Below are positions 48,948 to 58,447 of a stretch of 64,000 nucleotides of DNA, one piece after another. The notes under the pieces were generated by a model that ran no database searches, was not told the origin of the DNA, and saw nothing but the letters and a program-made list of their open reading frames with translations. How positions within the stretch are numbered: position 1 is the stretch's first letter; each line of letters opens with the position of its first letter. The position numbers were made by a program, and so were the translations under genes. The DNA lies in contig OY764216.1 of NCBI GenBank assembly GCA_963668315.1, positions 1,120,001-1,184,000 of the forward strand, given 5' to 3'. This DNA comes from Spirochaetia bacterium (GTDB lineage: Bacteria > Spirochaetota > Spirochaetia > DSM-2461).

Positions 48948-49050
48948 GAACCCATTATAGCCTATTTCGATTTTTTGAAAAGAGGATGCGGGGGGGCGGG
49001 AGAAGAATATTTCATGTGACTTACGCTCTAAAGTATGTTATGCTTGAACC

Positions 49051-50802
49051 ATGATATCGACAATTAATAATCTGTTGTTTCAGGCCATTGAAAAGTATTT
49101 CGATCGAAAGGCTTTCTCCCATTACGGAGAAGATAAGGACATAACCTACCTGGAACTGGGGCAATCGGTTCGGAGGATAGGACGCTGGCTTCTCTCTCAG
49201 GGAATCAAACCCGGGGATAAGGTGGCCCTCCTGGCCGAAAGTTCCCTGTATTGGCCTCAGGTGTATTTCTCCGTTACGACGATGGGAGCCGTCCTGGTTC
49301 CCATCCTGCCCGACTTTCAGGGGGAGGAAATTCAGAAGATTCTGGACCATTCGGAGGCGAAGCTGATTTTTCTGTCAGCCTCCCAGAAGAAGAAAATGGA
49401 TGCCTTCGGACTCACCATGCCTTCGATTCTTCTGGATGATCTGGACGAACTTGAGGGGAAAAGCGGCCAGCAGAAAGAGCTGGACCGGCATCTGGACGAG
49501 GCGCGCCTGGCCGTGAGGGAGGATACCCTTGCCGCTATTCTTTACACGTCAGGAACGACTGGACACTCCAAGGGGGTCATGCTTACCCACAGGAACTTCA
49601 CGACCAATGCCATGGCCTCTTCCCATATCCCCAAGCCTAAACTGAAACCGGGCCATGAATGGCTCTCCCTCCTGCCTCTGGCCCATACTTTCGAGTGTAC
49701 CATCGGCATGCTTATCAACGTTTATACAGGGGGGCATACCTACTATCTGGGCAGGCCTCCGGTCCCCAGCCTTATTCTGAAAGCCCTCAAGAAAATACGT
49801 CCCAAGGTGATACTCTCCGTTCCGCTGCTAATCGAGAAGATTTATGCCTCTTCCATCAAGCCGGTCGTGACAAAGGGTTTTCTCGGGTCGCTGTATAAAA
49901 TCCCCCCCCTGAAAAGGCCCATACACTGGCTGGCAGGAAGGAAGCTTTACCGGACATTCGGGGGAAGGCTCATTTTCTTCGGTATCGGGGGTGCTCCCCT
50001 TTCCGCCGAGGTGGAAAGATTTCTCCGTGACGCCCGTTTTCCCTATTCCATCGGATACGGACTGACGGAGACGAGCCCCCTTCTGGCGGGAAGCCCCCCT
50101 CTCAGAGGAGCCTACCGTTCGACCGGTAAAGTTCTCCGGGACGTGGAAATCCGCATTGCCGGGGAAGGGGAGATTCAGGCCAGGGGACCCAATGTGATGA
50201 AAGGGTACTACAAAAATGACGAGATGACCGCCGAAGTCATGACCGAGGACGGCTGGTTCCGCACCGGAGACATTGGGTATTTCGACAGACGGGGCAATCT
50301 TTTTATAAAAGGGCGCATTAAGAATGTCATCCTGGGAGCCAACGGGGAGAATATTTATCCCGAATCTATTGAATCGGTTATAAATGCGGAGCCCTTTGTG
50401 GAGGAGTCCCTCGTCCTGGAGGAAGGCAACGGTCTTACCGCCCTGGTTAATTTCAACTATGAGAAGATCATAGAGGAGCTTCAGCGGCTCCGGTATCATA
50501 TGGAGCATAAAGAGGAAACCAGGGAGTTTCATGTCGAAGAGGACAAAAAAGGGTGGATTCCCTCGCCTGAGGATATCAGGCAGTTCATCGAGAAGTACAC
50601 GGGGAATCTGACGAACACCGTGAACAAGCGGCTGAATGTTTTTTCCCGGATTTCCCATATGAGGGAGGAGAAGGAGCCCTTTATCAGAACTCCCACGAAA
50701 AAGATCAAGCGTTTCCTTTACGACCATATGGGCCGGAAGGAAGGGACCGAAGATACGCAGGACGGAAAGGATAGGGAGGATGCGTCCCGGGAGGACTCCT
50801 GA
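49051..50802 (+). CDS. Long-chain acyl-CoA synthetase (AMP-binding)
   Basis: YTSGTTGHSKG, GYGLTET, GWFRTGD, GENIYPE. Confidence 0.92.
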   Translation: MISTINNLLFQAIEKYFDRKAFSHYGEDKDITYLELGQSVRRIGRWLLSQGIKPGDKVALLAESSLYWPQVYFSVTTMGAVLVPILPDFQGEEIQKILDHSEAKLIFLSASQKKKMDAFGLTMPSILLDDLDELEGKSGQQKELDRHLDEARLAVREDTLAAILYTSGTTGHSKGVMLTHRNFTTNAMASSHIPKPKLKPGHEWLSLLPLAHTFECTIGMLINVYTGGHTYYLGRPPVPSLILKALKKIRPKVILSVPLLIEKIYASSIKPVVTKGFLGSLYKIPPLKRPIHWLAGRKLYRTFGGRLIFFGIGGAPLSAEVERFLRDARFPYSIGYGLTETSPLLAGSPPLRGAYRSTGKVLRDVEIRIAGEGEIQARGPNVMKGYYKNDEMTAEVMTEDGWFRTGDIGYFDRRGNLFIKGRIKNVILGANGENIYPESIESVINAEPFVEESLVLEEGNGLTALVNFNYEKIIEELQRLRYHMEHKEETREFHVEEDKKGWIPSPEDIRQFIEKYTGNLTNTVNKRLNVFSRISHMREEKEPFIRTPTKKIKRFLYDHMGRKEGTEDTQDGKDREDASREDS

Positions 50803-50895
50803 TAGGGCAAATCCCGGACGATTGAAAGCTCCTCACTTGATCAAGGAAGAAAAATAGCCGATTATAATGATAGTCAGGAAGGAAAGGAGATAAAT

Positions 50896-51345
50896 ATGGC
50901 TCTCTTGGAAAGAATCGAGGAAAGTGTTATTAAGGTGCCTCTGGAATCGACGACAAAGCACGATGTTATCAGAGAACTGGTTCTCCTTCTCAAGGATGCC
51001 GGGAAAATAGATGATGCCGATTCCATCGTGGAGGCCGTAGAGTCAAGGGAAGTCCTCTGCAGTACCGGACTGGACCGGGGCATTGCCGTTCCCCATGCCA
51101 AAACCGATGCCGTACCCGATCTGACCATTGCCATCGGAATCTCTCCCGACGGGGTGGATTACGAAGCTCTTGACGGAGAGCCGTCGAAAATCTTCTTTCT
51201 GATCCTTGCTCCCCCCGACCAGTCGGGCCCCCATGTTCAGGCCCTCTCTGAAATCGCGAAAACCACCCAGTCCTCCGTTCTGGTGAGGATGCTTCTGGCG
51301 GCCAAATCTCCCGCGGAAGTAGTGGAACTCTTTATGGATGAGTAA
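50896..51345 (+). CDS. PTS IIA domain protein (Fru/Ntr type), stand-alone
   Basis: REVLCSTGLDRGIAVPHAK; SD AAGGAG. Confidence 0.9.
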   Translation: MALLERIEESVIKVPLESTTKHDVIRELVLLLKDAGKIDDADSIVEAVESREVLCSTGLDRGIAVPHAKTDAVPDLTIAIGISPDGVDYEALDGEPSKIFFLILAPPDQSGPHVQALSEIAKTTQSSVLVRMLLAAKSPAEVVELFMDE

Positions 51346-51353
51346 AAATTGGC

Positions 51354-51379
51354 TCCTTCTCCCCACGGGGGGAGAAGGA
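51354..51379. terminator. Hairpin between convergent genes (possible bidirectional terminator)
   Basis: TCCTTCTCCCC-ACGG-GGGGAGAAGGA, 11-bp perfect stem. Confidence 0.65.
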
Positions 51380-51386
51380 AACCATC

Positions 51387-52634
51387 TTATCCCTCTTTAT
51401 AGAAAGCTTTGAAAAGGTCTCTTGTGTAATCTATATCCTTGATTCCCGCTGTCTCCCTGATGCTGTGCATCGCCCAGATCGGAAGTCCCATATCCAGGCA
51501 GGGTATGGTGGTTGCCGCGGAAAGAAGGGGGCCGACCGTGGAACCGCAGGGGAGGTCGGAGTGATGAATATAGGTCTGCAGAGGAATTCCCGATTCCCGG
51601 GCCAGAAGTTTGAGCCGGGCTTCCGTTTCCCCGGTAGTGGCGTACTTATTGTTGTTGTCGATTTTTATGACGGGGCCGCCGTTTATGTCGCACCGGTAGG
51701 CCGGGTCATATTTGTCTCCGTAATTTCCGTTCCATCCGTGGGCCACATCGGCGGAAATGATATAGGAGAGAGGGCGGGATCTGTGCAGTGTCTCACGACC
51801 CAGTCCCCGGGCCAGGCAGATGCGCTCCATGAGGTGTTCCGTCAGGCCGGAAAGGGCGCCTTCAGCCGTCCGGCTGCCCGTCTCTTCGCTGTCGAAGAGG
51901 AGGGCGATAGGCGTTGCTTCCGCCGGCGTCGAAACGGCCAGGGCCTCGGCGGCCAGAAGGCAGTGAACAAGGTTGTCAATCCGTGATGAACTGAGAAGGG
52001 CGGTATCGCCGCTTCCCATAAGGACCGGTTCCCCCGCCAGATAGAGTTCCATCTGGCTTGAGAGAATGGAATCCCTGTCTATGGAGAGCTTTTCCGCAAT
52101 ATAATCGTAAAGATCGGTATTGAGGGTAAGGGTCACCGGGAGATGGACGGCCGGCTTGATTTCGTATCCCTTGTTTATTTCCCGGTTCAGGTGAATCGCC
52201 GCGTTGGGTATGATGGCCACGGGCTCTTCCGAATTGAAGAGGAGCCTTTCCGGGCGTCCCTTGACGCCGGGCACCAGGACCGATCCGGCCAGGCCCAGAG
52301 GACGGTCCTGCCATGTGGAAAGGATGGGGCCGCCGTAGACGGAAACACCGCCGGTCAGAAAAGCCCCTTCCCGTCGGAGGGACTCTTTTTTCAGCCGCAG
52401 ATGGGGACTGTCCGTATGGGCGGCGATAATATTGAAACGGGGTACTTCGGCGGAACCCACCCGAAAGGCGGCCAGGGAGCGGCCGTTTTTAATCACATAG
52501 TAACCGCGGCCCGGTTCCAGGTCCCAGGAATCCTCTTCGTTAAGGTGCTGGAAACCGGACTGGTCCAGCAGCTTTTTCACTTCCGCCACGCCATGCCAGG
52601 CGGAGACGGCGTTCTTAAAAAAATCAGTTAACAT
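51387..52634 (-). CDS. M18 family (aspartyl) aminopeptidase
   Basis: AHTDSP, RIDNL, DSEETGS, SADVAH, CGSTVGP, MHSIRE. Confidence 0.92.
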   Translation of the reverse strand: MLTDFFKNAVSAWHGVAEVKKLLDQSGFQHLNEEDSWDLEPGRGYYVIKNGRSLAAFRVGSAEVPRFNIIAAHTDSPHLRLKKESLRREGAFLTGGVSVYGGPILSTWQDRPLGLAGSVLVPGVKGRPERLLFNSEEPVAIIPNAAIHLNREINKGYEIKPAVHLPVTLTLNTDLYDYIAEKLSIDRDSILSSQMELYLAGEPVLMGSGDTALLSSSRIDNLVHCLLAAEALAVSTPAEATPIALLFDSEETGSRTAEGALSGLTEHLMERICLARGLGRETLHRSRPLSYIISADVAHGWNGNYGDKYDPAYRCDINGGPVIKIDNNNKYATTGETEARLKLLARESGIPLQTYIHHSDLPCGSTVGPLLSAATTIPCLDMGLPIWAMHSIRETAGIKDIDYTRDLFKAFYKEG

Positions 52635-53272
52635 CAGTTTTCCTTCTTAGAGTCTTTCAATGTCTGGTGAATAAAGGCGGAGAGGACATCCATGGCCCTC
52701 TGGTTATGACCGCCTTCCGGAATTATCAGATCGGCATAAGCTTTCATCGGTTCTATGAATTCATCATGCCCGGGCCGTACGACATTCAGGTACTGTTCTA
52801 CGACCGAATCCACCGTCCGGCCCCGTTCTTCTATATCCCTGAGCATCCGGCGTATAAAACGGATATCTCCGGGGGTATCTACGTAAAGTTTCAGATCGAT
52901 CAGATCCCTCAGGCGGGGATCGGCATAGATCATTATCCCTTCGAGGATGATTATGCCCTCCGGTTCGATGGTCACCGTTTTTTCCGAACGGCGGTGGTTT
53001 ACAAAGTCGTAAACGGGCATCGGGGCCGGTTTTCCCTGGCGGAGAAGGGCCATGTGGGTTGTGAGAAGATCCATGTCAAAGGCATCGGGGTGGTCAAAGT
53101 TCACCGCCGTAATGTGTTCGTTGTCCACGGTTTTCTCGAAGGACCGGTAGTAGTTATCCTGGGGAATGACCGTGAAGCCTTCCACAATTTCGGCGATCTT
53201 TCTTACGATCGTTGTCTTGCCCGAACCCGAACCGCCGCAGATCCCTATGATAAGGGGACCGTCTTTTTTCAT
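52634..53272 (-). CDS. udk: Uridine kinase
   Basis: GGSGSGKTT, QDNYY, NFDHPDAFD, RDIEERGR. Confidence 0.95.
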   Translation of the reverse strand: MKKDGPLIIGICGGSGSGKTTIVRKIAEIVEGFTVIPQDNYYRSFEKTVDNEHITAVNFDHPDAFDMDLLTTHMALLRQGKPAPMPVYDFVNHRRSEKTVTIEPEGIIILEGIMIYADPRLRDLIDLKLYVDTPGDIRFIRRMLRDIEERGRTVDSVVEQYLNVVRPGHDEFIEPMKAYADLIIPEGGHNQRAMDVLSAFIHQTLKDSKKEN

Positions 53273-53297
53273 CCTCTTCTCCTCCCGATGTCTCCGC

Positions 53298-53501
53298 CTA
53301 ATAATGGGGCGGTTTCCTGCTGACCGGAGATTCTTCCATGAGCTCGCTCATCTCTTTTACCTTGGCTACAAGCAGGGTCATGCGCTCTTCCTGTTTCATC
53401 AGACGCTTCTCCTGGTCCGCCACAATCCGGCTTAACTCCTGGATGGTGTCTTCCTGGTAGCTGATTTTGGTTTCCAGGGTGATCAATTTTTCCTCACTCA
53501 T
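53298..53501 (-). CDS. slyX: SlyX family protein
   Basis: LETKISYQEDTIQEL coiled coil with C-terminal KPPHY. Confidence 0.92.
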   Translation of the reverse strand: MSEEKLITLETKISYQEDTIQELSRIVADQEKRLMKQEERMTLLVAKVKEMSELMEESPVSRKPPHY

Positions 53502-53570
53502 CGGTCCTACCTCTTTGGTTGCTGACTATTATACACGGACTTATTTGCTTTGATAACCTGTTCCGTGCCG

Positions 53571-54698
53571 TCAATCAGGGTAAACACGGGGAACCCGCCC
53601 GGTAATGAGGCAGCAGACTTCATAGGATATCGTATCGAGCTGTTCGGCGATGGCGGCGGCGGAAAAAGGGCAGGGGGGCGGTCCGAAAAGAGTCACGGGA
53701 TCTCCCAGGGACACCCGGCAATCGGCTCCCAGGTCCACCATTATCTGATCCATGCATATCCGGCCGATCACGGGGTAGGTGTTCTCTCCGATCATGACCG
53801 AACCCCTGTTGGAGAGATGCCGGCTGTATCCGTCCCCGTAGCCGATGGCCACGGTGCCGATCCATGTCTCTTCTTTTGCCCGCCAGGTTCTTCCGTAGGA
53901 TACGGACTCTCCGGGAAGGACCTTTTTCAGGAAAACAAGTTCGGAAGTCAGTTCCATCAGGGGGAGAACTCCCAGGGGGGTCCCGGGAAAGGGCTCGTAG
54001 CCGTAGAGAATGATTCCCGGGCGCACCATATCCATGAAGCTGTTCCTATGCTGTACCAGGGCGCCCGAATTCGCCCCGTGGACAAGAAAGTCTTCCGGGG
54101 AATCGGGGAGAGAACGGACGGCGTCGGCCGCCTGTATCAGAGCGGTGGTCTGGTCCTGGGTGAATTGAATGTCCCGTTCCTCCGGTGAGTCGCTGACCGG
54201 GAAATGGGTGCATATTCCCGCCAGGCAGAGCCGTTCCGAAGAGAAGATTCGGCGGGCCAGGGAGACGGCTTCTTCGGGGCGGCAGCCGATGCGGCCCATG
54301 CCCGTGTCTATCTTCAGGTGAACGGGTAGCTTCTTTTCTTCGGGCAGTACCGACCGGGCCGCTCTGTCCAGGGCGTCCAGGTATTCCGCCGACCCCGCGT
54401 AGGGCTGGAGACCCAGCTCTGCCAGTTCCGCCAGCTCCTCCGAAGGGGCGTGGCCCATCATGAGAACGGGCCCGGAGATTCCGGCGTCCCTGAGCTTCCT
54501 GCCTTCCGACGTACGGGCCACGGCAAGGTAATCGCAGCCGTACTTCAGAGCGGCCCTGGCCACGGGAATCATTCCGTGCCCGTAGGCGTCGGCTTTCACG
54601 GGGAGACAGATCTTTCTTTCCGAGCCGATACGCTGCCGGATTATATCTATATTGTGCCTGAGGTTTTCCAGGTGGATAATCGCTCTGGTTCCTGTCAT
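53571..54698 (-). CDS. alr: Alanine racemase
   Basis: VKADAYGHG, HLKIDTGMGRIG, VRPGIILYG, GYGDGY, GRICMDQ. Confidence 0.96.
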   Translation of the reverse strand: MTGTRAIIHLENLRHNIDIIRQRIGSERKICLPVKADAYGHGMIPVARAALKYGCDYLAVARTSEGRKLRDAGISGPVLMMGHAPSEELAELAELGLQPYAGSAEYLDALDRAARSVLPEEKKLPVHLKIDTGMGRIGCRPEEAVSLARRIFSSERLCLAGICTHFPVSDSPEERDIQFTQDQTTALIQAADAVRSLPDSPEDFLVHGANSGALVQHRNSFMDMVRPGIILYGYEPFPGTPLGVLPLMELTSELVFLKKVLPGESVSYGRTWRAKEETWIGTVAIGYGDGYSRHLSNRGSVMIGENTYPVIGRICMDQIMVDLGADCRVSLGDPVTLFGPPPCPFSAAAIAEQLDTISYEVCCLITGRVPRVYPD

Positions 54699-55216
54699 TT
54701 CTCAATTCCCGTCCGGGCGGAAACGCCCTCGCTGTAGTAGTGTTTGACTTCCGTCATTTCCGTGACCAGATCGGCCAGTCCAACTATCTCTTTCGGCGCA
54801 TATCGCCCGGTAATGATCAGTTCGGTCTTTTCTTTTTTCTCCCCTATGAGATAGAGCGCATCCTCCAGGGGGATGACGTCCAGGTGTAGGGCCACATTCA
54901 GTTCGTCGGCGATCACCACATCCCATTCTCCCGAGGCTAGAACGGATGCCAGTTCGGCAATGCCCTTTTCGGCCAGGAGCCGGTCCTCTTCGGCCACTTC
55001 GTTATTGATAAAATGGGGAGCTCCGAACTGCTTGATGGTTATCAGGTCATCGAAACGTCTCAGGGCCCCGATTTCCGAATAGTCCCCCGATTTGAGGAAC
55101 TGCCCGATAAATACTCTATGCCCTGCCCCCGCTGAACGCAGAGCCAGCCCCAGGGCGGCGGTGGTTTTTCCCTTGCCGTTGCCCGTGTATATCTGGATAT
55201 AACCCTTATCTTTCAT
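54695..55216 (-). CDS. cobO: Cob(I)yrinic acid a,c-diamide adenosyltransferase (CobO/BtuR type)
   Basis: YTGNGKGKTTAALG, QFLK, DELN, ITGR, ADLVTEM...KHY. Confidence 0.92.
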   Translation of the reverse strand: MKDKGYIQIYTGNGKGKTTAALGLALRSAGAGHRVFIGQFLKSGDYSEIGALRRFDDLITIKQFGAPHFINNEVAEEDRLLAEKGIAELASVLASGEWDVVIADELNVALHLDVIPLEDALYLIGEKKEKTELIITGRYAPKEIVGLADLVTEMTEVKHYYSEGVSARTGIEK

Positions 55217-55352
55217 AGTGAGAAAATTATAGCACAGGAGAAGGGGAGAACAAAGAGAGTCACTATGGCGGTGTTGAGGCGGATAGGGGGAAAGATCTTT
55301 TCAGCCCGTTCTTTCCCTTGTAAAAATGAAACGTCGGTTCTATACTGACTCC

Positions 55353-57116
55353 ATGAAAGTAAACAGAATGGAACGGGTAAAAAGATTCATCCCCTATTAC
55401 GGGCCTTACAAGGCTCTTTTTTTTGCCGATTTAATCTGCGCCGTTTTTATCGCCGCCATTGAGCTGGCCTATCCCATGCTGACCCGGCATGTCCTGCAGA
55501 CCATTATTCCCGAAGGCACGACGGGACGGCTCATCTTTACTCTGGCCCTCATGCTGGTGCTGTATATCCTTATGGCGGGATTGAACTGGTTCGTAACTTT
55601 CTGGGGACATATCATCGGTGTCCGGATGGAAGCGGATATGAGGCATGATCTGTTTGCCCATATGCAGGTTCTGCCCTTCAGTTTTTACGACAACAACCGG
55701 ACCGGCGTGCTTATGTCCCGGGTCGTGAACGACTTGAACGATATTTCCGAAGTGGCCCACCACGGGCCGGAGGATGTTTTTCTTTCATTCCTGATGATGG
55801 TGGGCTCCTTTGTGCTCCTCCTGGGGATTGAGTGGCATCTGGCGGTCATCATCTTCGGAGTGATGGTTCCCCTGATCCTCTGGTTCAGCATCACCCGCAG
55901 GACGGCCCTGGGGCGGACATTCCGAAAACTGCGTGAGCGGATAGGGGAGATAAACGCCCTTCTGGAAAACAGCATCTCCGGCATCCGGGTGGCCCGGGCC
56001 TTTACCAACGAGTGGTACGAGAAGGAGAAGTTCGACGGGACCAACGGGGATTTCCGCAATGCCAAAACCGATGCCTACCGGGCCATGGCCGACTACCATA
56101 CGGCGATAGGTTTCTTTCTGAGCCTCCTGAATGTGACCGCCCTGGCCGCGGGAGCCTTCTTCATCCGCCTCGGGTTCATGGATATCGCCGACCTTCTGGC
56201 TTTCATGCTCTATATCAACCTGGTGGCCCAGCCTATCCGCATGTTTACCAACTTCACCCAGCAGTTCGAACAGGCCATGGCGGGCTTCAACCGCTTCTGC
56301 GAAATCATGGATGTGGAACCGGATATCAAGGACAAGCCCGACGCCAGGGAACTGACCGATGTGAAGGGAAATATCAGACTGGAAAATGTCACCTTCAGCT
56401 ACGATGACAAGAACCATATCCTCAAAAATGTCGATGTGGATATCAAGGCGGGGCAGACCGTCGCTCTCGTGGGGCCGACCGGGGCGGGAAAAACAACACT
56501 CTGCCATCTCATCCCCCGGTTCTACGAGCCCCAGGAGGGGAGGGTGTCCGTGGACGGCCATTCGGTGGAAGATCTGACCCTGGAGAGTCTGCGCCGCCAG
56601 GTGGGGCTGGTTCAGCAGGATGTGTTTCTCTTCACCGGGTCGATAAAGGACAATATCTCCTACGGACGGCCCGATGCGGCGGACGAAGAGATTGTGGAGG
56701 CGGCGAAGAAATCAGAAATCCACGATTTCATTGAGTCCCTTCCCGACGGCTATGACTCCTGGATAGGGGAGAAGGGGATACTCCTTTCGGGAGGGCAGAA
56801 GCAGCGCCTCGCCATTGCCCGGGCTTTCCTGAAGAATCCTCCCATCCTCATCCTGGACGAAGCCACCAGCGCTCTGGATAACCATACGGAAGCCCGTATT
56901 CAGAAAGCTCTCGAGGAGCTGAGCCGCGGACGGACCTCTCTGGTTATCGCCCATAGGCTGTCAACAGTCCGCCATGCCGATAAGATAGTCGTTCTCACCA
57001 CCGATGGAATCGAAGAGGAGGGAACCCACGAGGAACTCTACGGGAGAGAAGGATTATACCGCCGCCTGTACGATTCTCAGTTTGCGTCCCCGCCGGTGGA
57101 GGACAGGGTCGGCTGA
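55353..57116 (+). CDS. ABC exporter, fused permease/ATPase (MsbA/Sav1866-like)
   Basis: Six-TM domain, GPTGAGKT, LSGGQKQR, LDEATSALD; start 55353 inferred from promoter geometry (track start 55326). Confidence 0.93.
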   Translation: MKVNRMERVKRFIPYYGPYKALFFADLICAVFIAAIELAYPMLTRHVLQTIIPEGTTGRLIFTLALMLVLYILMAGLNWFVTFWGHIIGVRMEADMRHDLFAHMQVLPFSFYDNNRTGVLMSRVVNDLNDISEVAHHGPEDVFLSFLMMVGSFVLLLGIEWHLAVIIFGVMVPLILWFSITRRTALGRTFRKLRERIGEINALLENSISGIRVARAFTNEWYEKEKFDGTNGDFRNAKTDAYRAMADYHTAIGFFLSLLNVTALAAGAFFIRLGFMDIADLLAFMLYINLVAQPIRMFTNFTQQFEQAMAGFNRFCEIMDVEPDIKDKPDARELTDVKGNIRLENVTFSYDDKNHILKNVDVDIKAGQTVALVGPTGAGKTTLCHLIPRFYEPQEGRVSVDGHSVEDLTLESLRRQVGLVQQDVFLFTGSIKDNISYGRPDAADEEIVEAAKKSEIHDFIESLPDGYDSWIGEKGILLSGGQKQRLAIARAFLKNPPILILDEATSALDNHTEARIQKALEELSRGRTSLVIAHRLSTVRHADKIVVLTTDGIEEEGTHEELYGREGLYRRLYDSQFASPPVEDRVG

Positions 57117-58270
57117 TCCGGGTCTGAATAGAAACAGGCCCGGTTCCGTCCTTCCGTCTTGGCTTTATAGAGTGCCTTATCCGCCCTGCGGATGAGGTTT
57201 TCCATATCTGAGTAGGTATGAAGTTCACCGTGGGCAATACCGAAGCTGGCCGTGACATAGGGCGAAATGGGAGACGCCCCGTGGGGAATGGCCAGACGGC
57301 CGATTTCATCGATCAAGCGCTGTGTAATCTCATGGAGCTTGTCTATTTCTGCGGTGGGAAGGATGAGAATGAACTCTTCTCCTCCGTATCGGGCGGCCTG
57401 GTCGTGGCCCTTCCGTATTATCGATTCCAGCGTATGCCCCACGGCTTTGAGGCAGGTGTCACCGGCCTGATGGCCGTAGGTATCGTTGTATTTTTTGAAA
57501 AAATCCACATCGATAAGTATGACTTCCAGAGATTTCTCCAACGGGCTTCCGGAAAGGAGCCTTATGACGAAATTCTCCATGGCCCTTCTGTTGGATAATC
57601 CTGTTAGTGAATCCTTTTCCGAAAGACTCTGCAGTTCGGTATTCTCCTCGCTGAGTGAATCGCCCCTTTTTTTCTCTCTGTATATGAGAAGGAAATTTTT
57701 CCTTTTCTCCTTTTCCAGTGAATAATTGGCAAATATAGAAAATATCATGTTGGAGAGGAGGAAGGAGAGATTGAAGACCTGGATAGCAAGGGAGTTTCCG
57801 GCGTAGAAAGGGATAAAGGCGATATACATGAAAAATACCGCGAAAGAAATTATCACTCCATGGTGAAACCGGAGCCTGACGACGAGGTTGGCGAATATGA
57901 GAACAAGGCTGACTCCCGGATGGTAGATCACGGACAGTTCGCATTGGCTGCGGGAGATGAGAAAGATCAGGGAGAGGGCCGTCAGAAAAATGAGAGCCGA
58001 TTCCGCCCGTTCCCTTATGAGGGCCGGAGGGTTGGATTTCTGGAAAATCATCCCGATGATAAGCAGGGGAGTGATGATGCCCAGCCTTACGATAAGAGCT
58101 GTGGCGTATATATCGGGTATCATATAATGATCGGGAATCAGAAAGAGAAGGTAAACAAATATGGCGGGATATCCTCTGACGTAGAGCTGGCGAGACCGCT
58201 CTTTTGCGGTTTCTTCTTCATAGAGTCTCTCCATTTCCGGTTCAAACCGCAATCGCCATTTTTCTTTCAT
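57077..58270 (-). CDS. Membrane-bound diguanylate cyclase (GGDEF)
   Basis: About 6 TMs, DSLTGLSNRR, DVDFFKKYNDTYGHQAGD, RYGGEEF. Confidence 0.93.
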   Translation of the reverse strand: MKEKWRLRFEPEMERLYEEETAKERSRQLYVRGYPAIFVYLLFLIPDHYMIPDIYATALIVRLGIITPLLIIGMIFQKSNPPALIRERAESALIFLTALSLIFLISRSQCELSVIYHPGVSLVLIFANLVVRLRFHHGVIISFAVFFMYIAFIPFYAGNSLAIQVFNLSFLLSNMIFSIFANYSLEKEKRKNFLLIYREKKRGDSLSEENTELQSLSEKDSLTGLSNRRAMENFVIRLLSGSPLEKSLEVILIDVDFFKKYNDTYGHQAGDTCLKAVGHTLESIIRKGHDQAARYGGEEFILILPTAEIDKLHEITQRLIDEIGRLAIPHGASPISPYVTASFGIAHGELHTYSDMENLIRRADKALYKAKTEGRNRACFYSDPDQPTLSSTGGDAN

Positions 58271-58399
58271 CGCTTTGATTTGCCTTCGGCTGTGACGGTG
58301 AGTTAATCTCGCCTTCGGCCTTCAGAAGTAAGAATACTTCTCTTTCTATGAGATTTCAAGAGCCGGGAGAGAGCCATGATGTAATAATGCAGAAAGGGG

Positions 58400-58437
58400 T
58401 TGCCTCATTGGTCACAATGTTCTATTATCATACAATA
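58400..58437 (+). promoter_or_regulatory. Promoter of the FadR-type regulator with candidate operators
   Basis: TTGCCT-17 nt-TATTAT; CATTG-GTCA-CAATG palindrome in the spacer; ATTATCATACAATA box at 58424-58437. Confidence 0.65.
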
Positions 58438-58447
58438 GGAGAGGCGT

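Noticed and set aside
50803..50850. GGGCAAA...GAAAGC resembling a c-di-GMP-I riboswitch
   Set aside because: The GNRA-capped P2 stem and receptor cannot be formed, and it lies upstream of the likely promoter -10 (TATAAT near 50863).
57077..57116. 3' overlaps of convergent genes (also 36772-36806 and 40601-40623)
   Set aside because: Short tail-to-tail overlaps are common in compact genomes, and there is no sign of frameshift or truncation.
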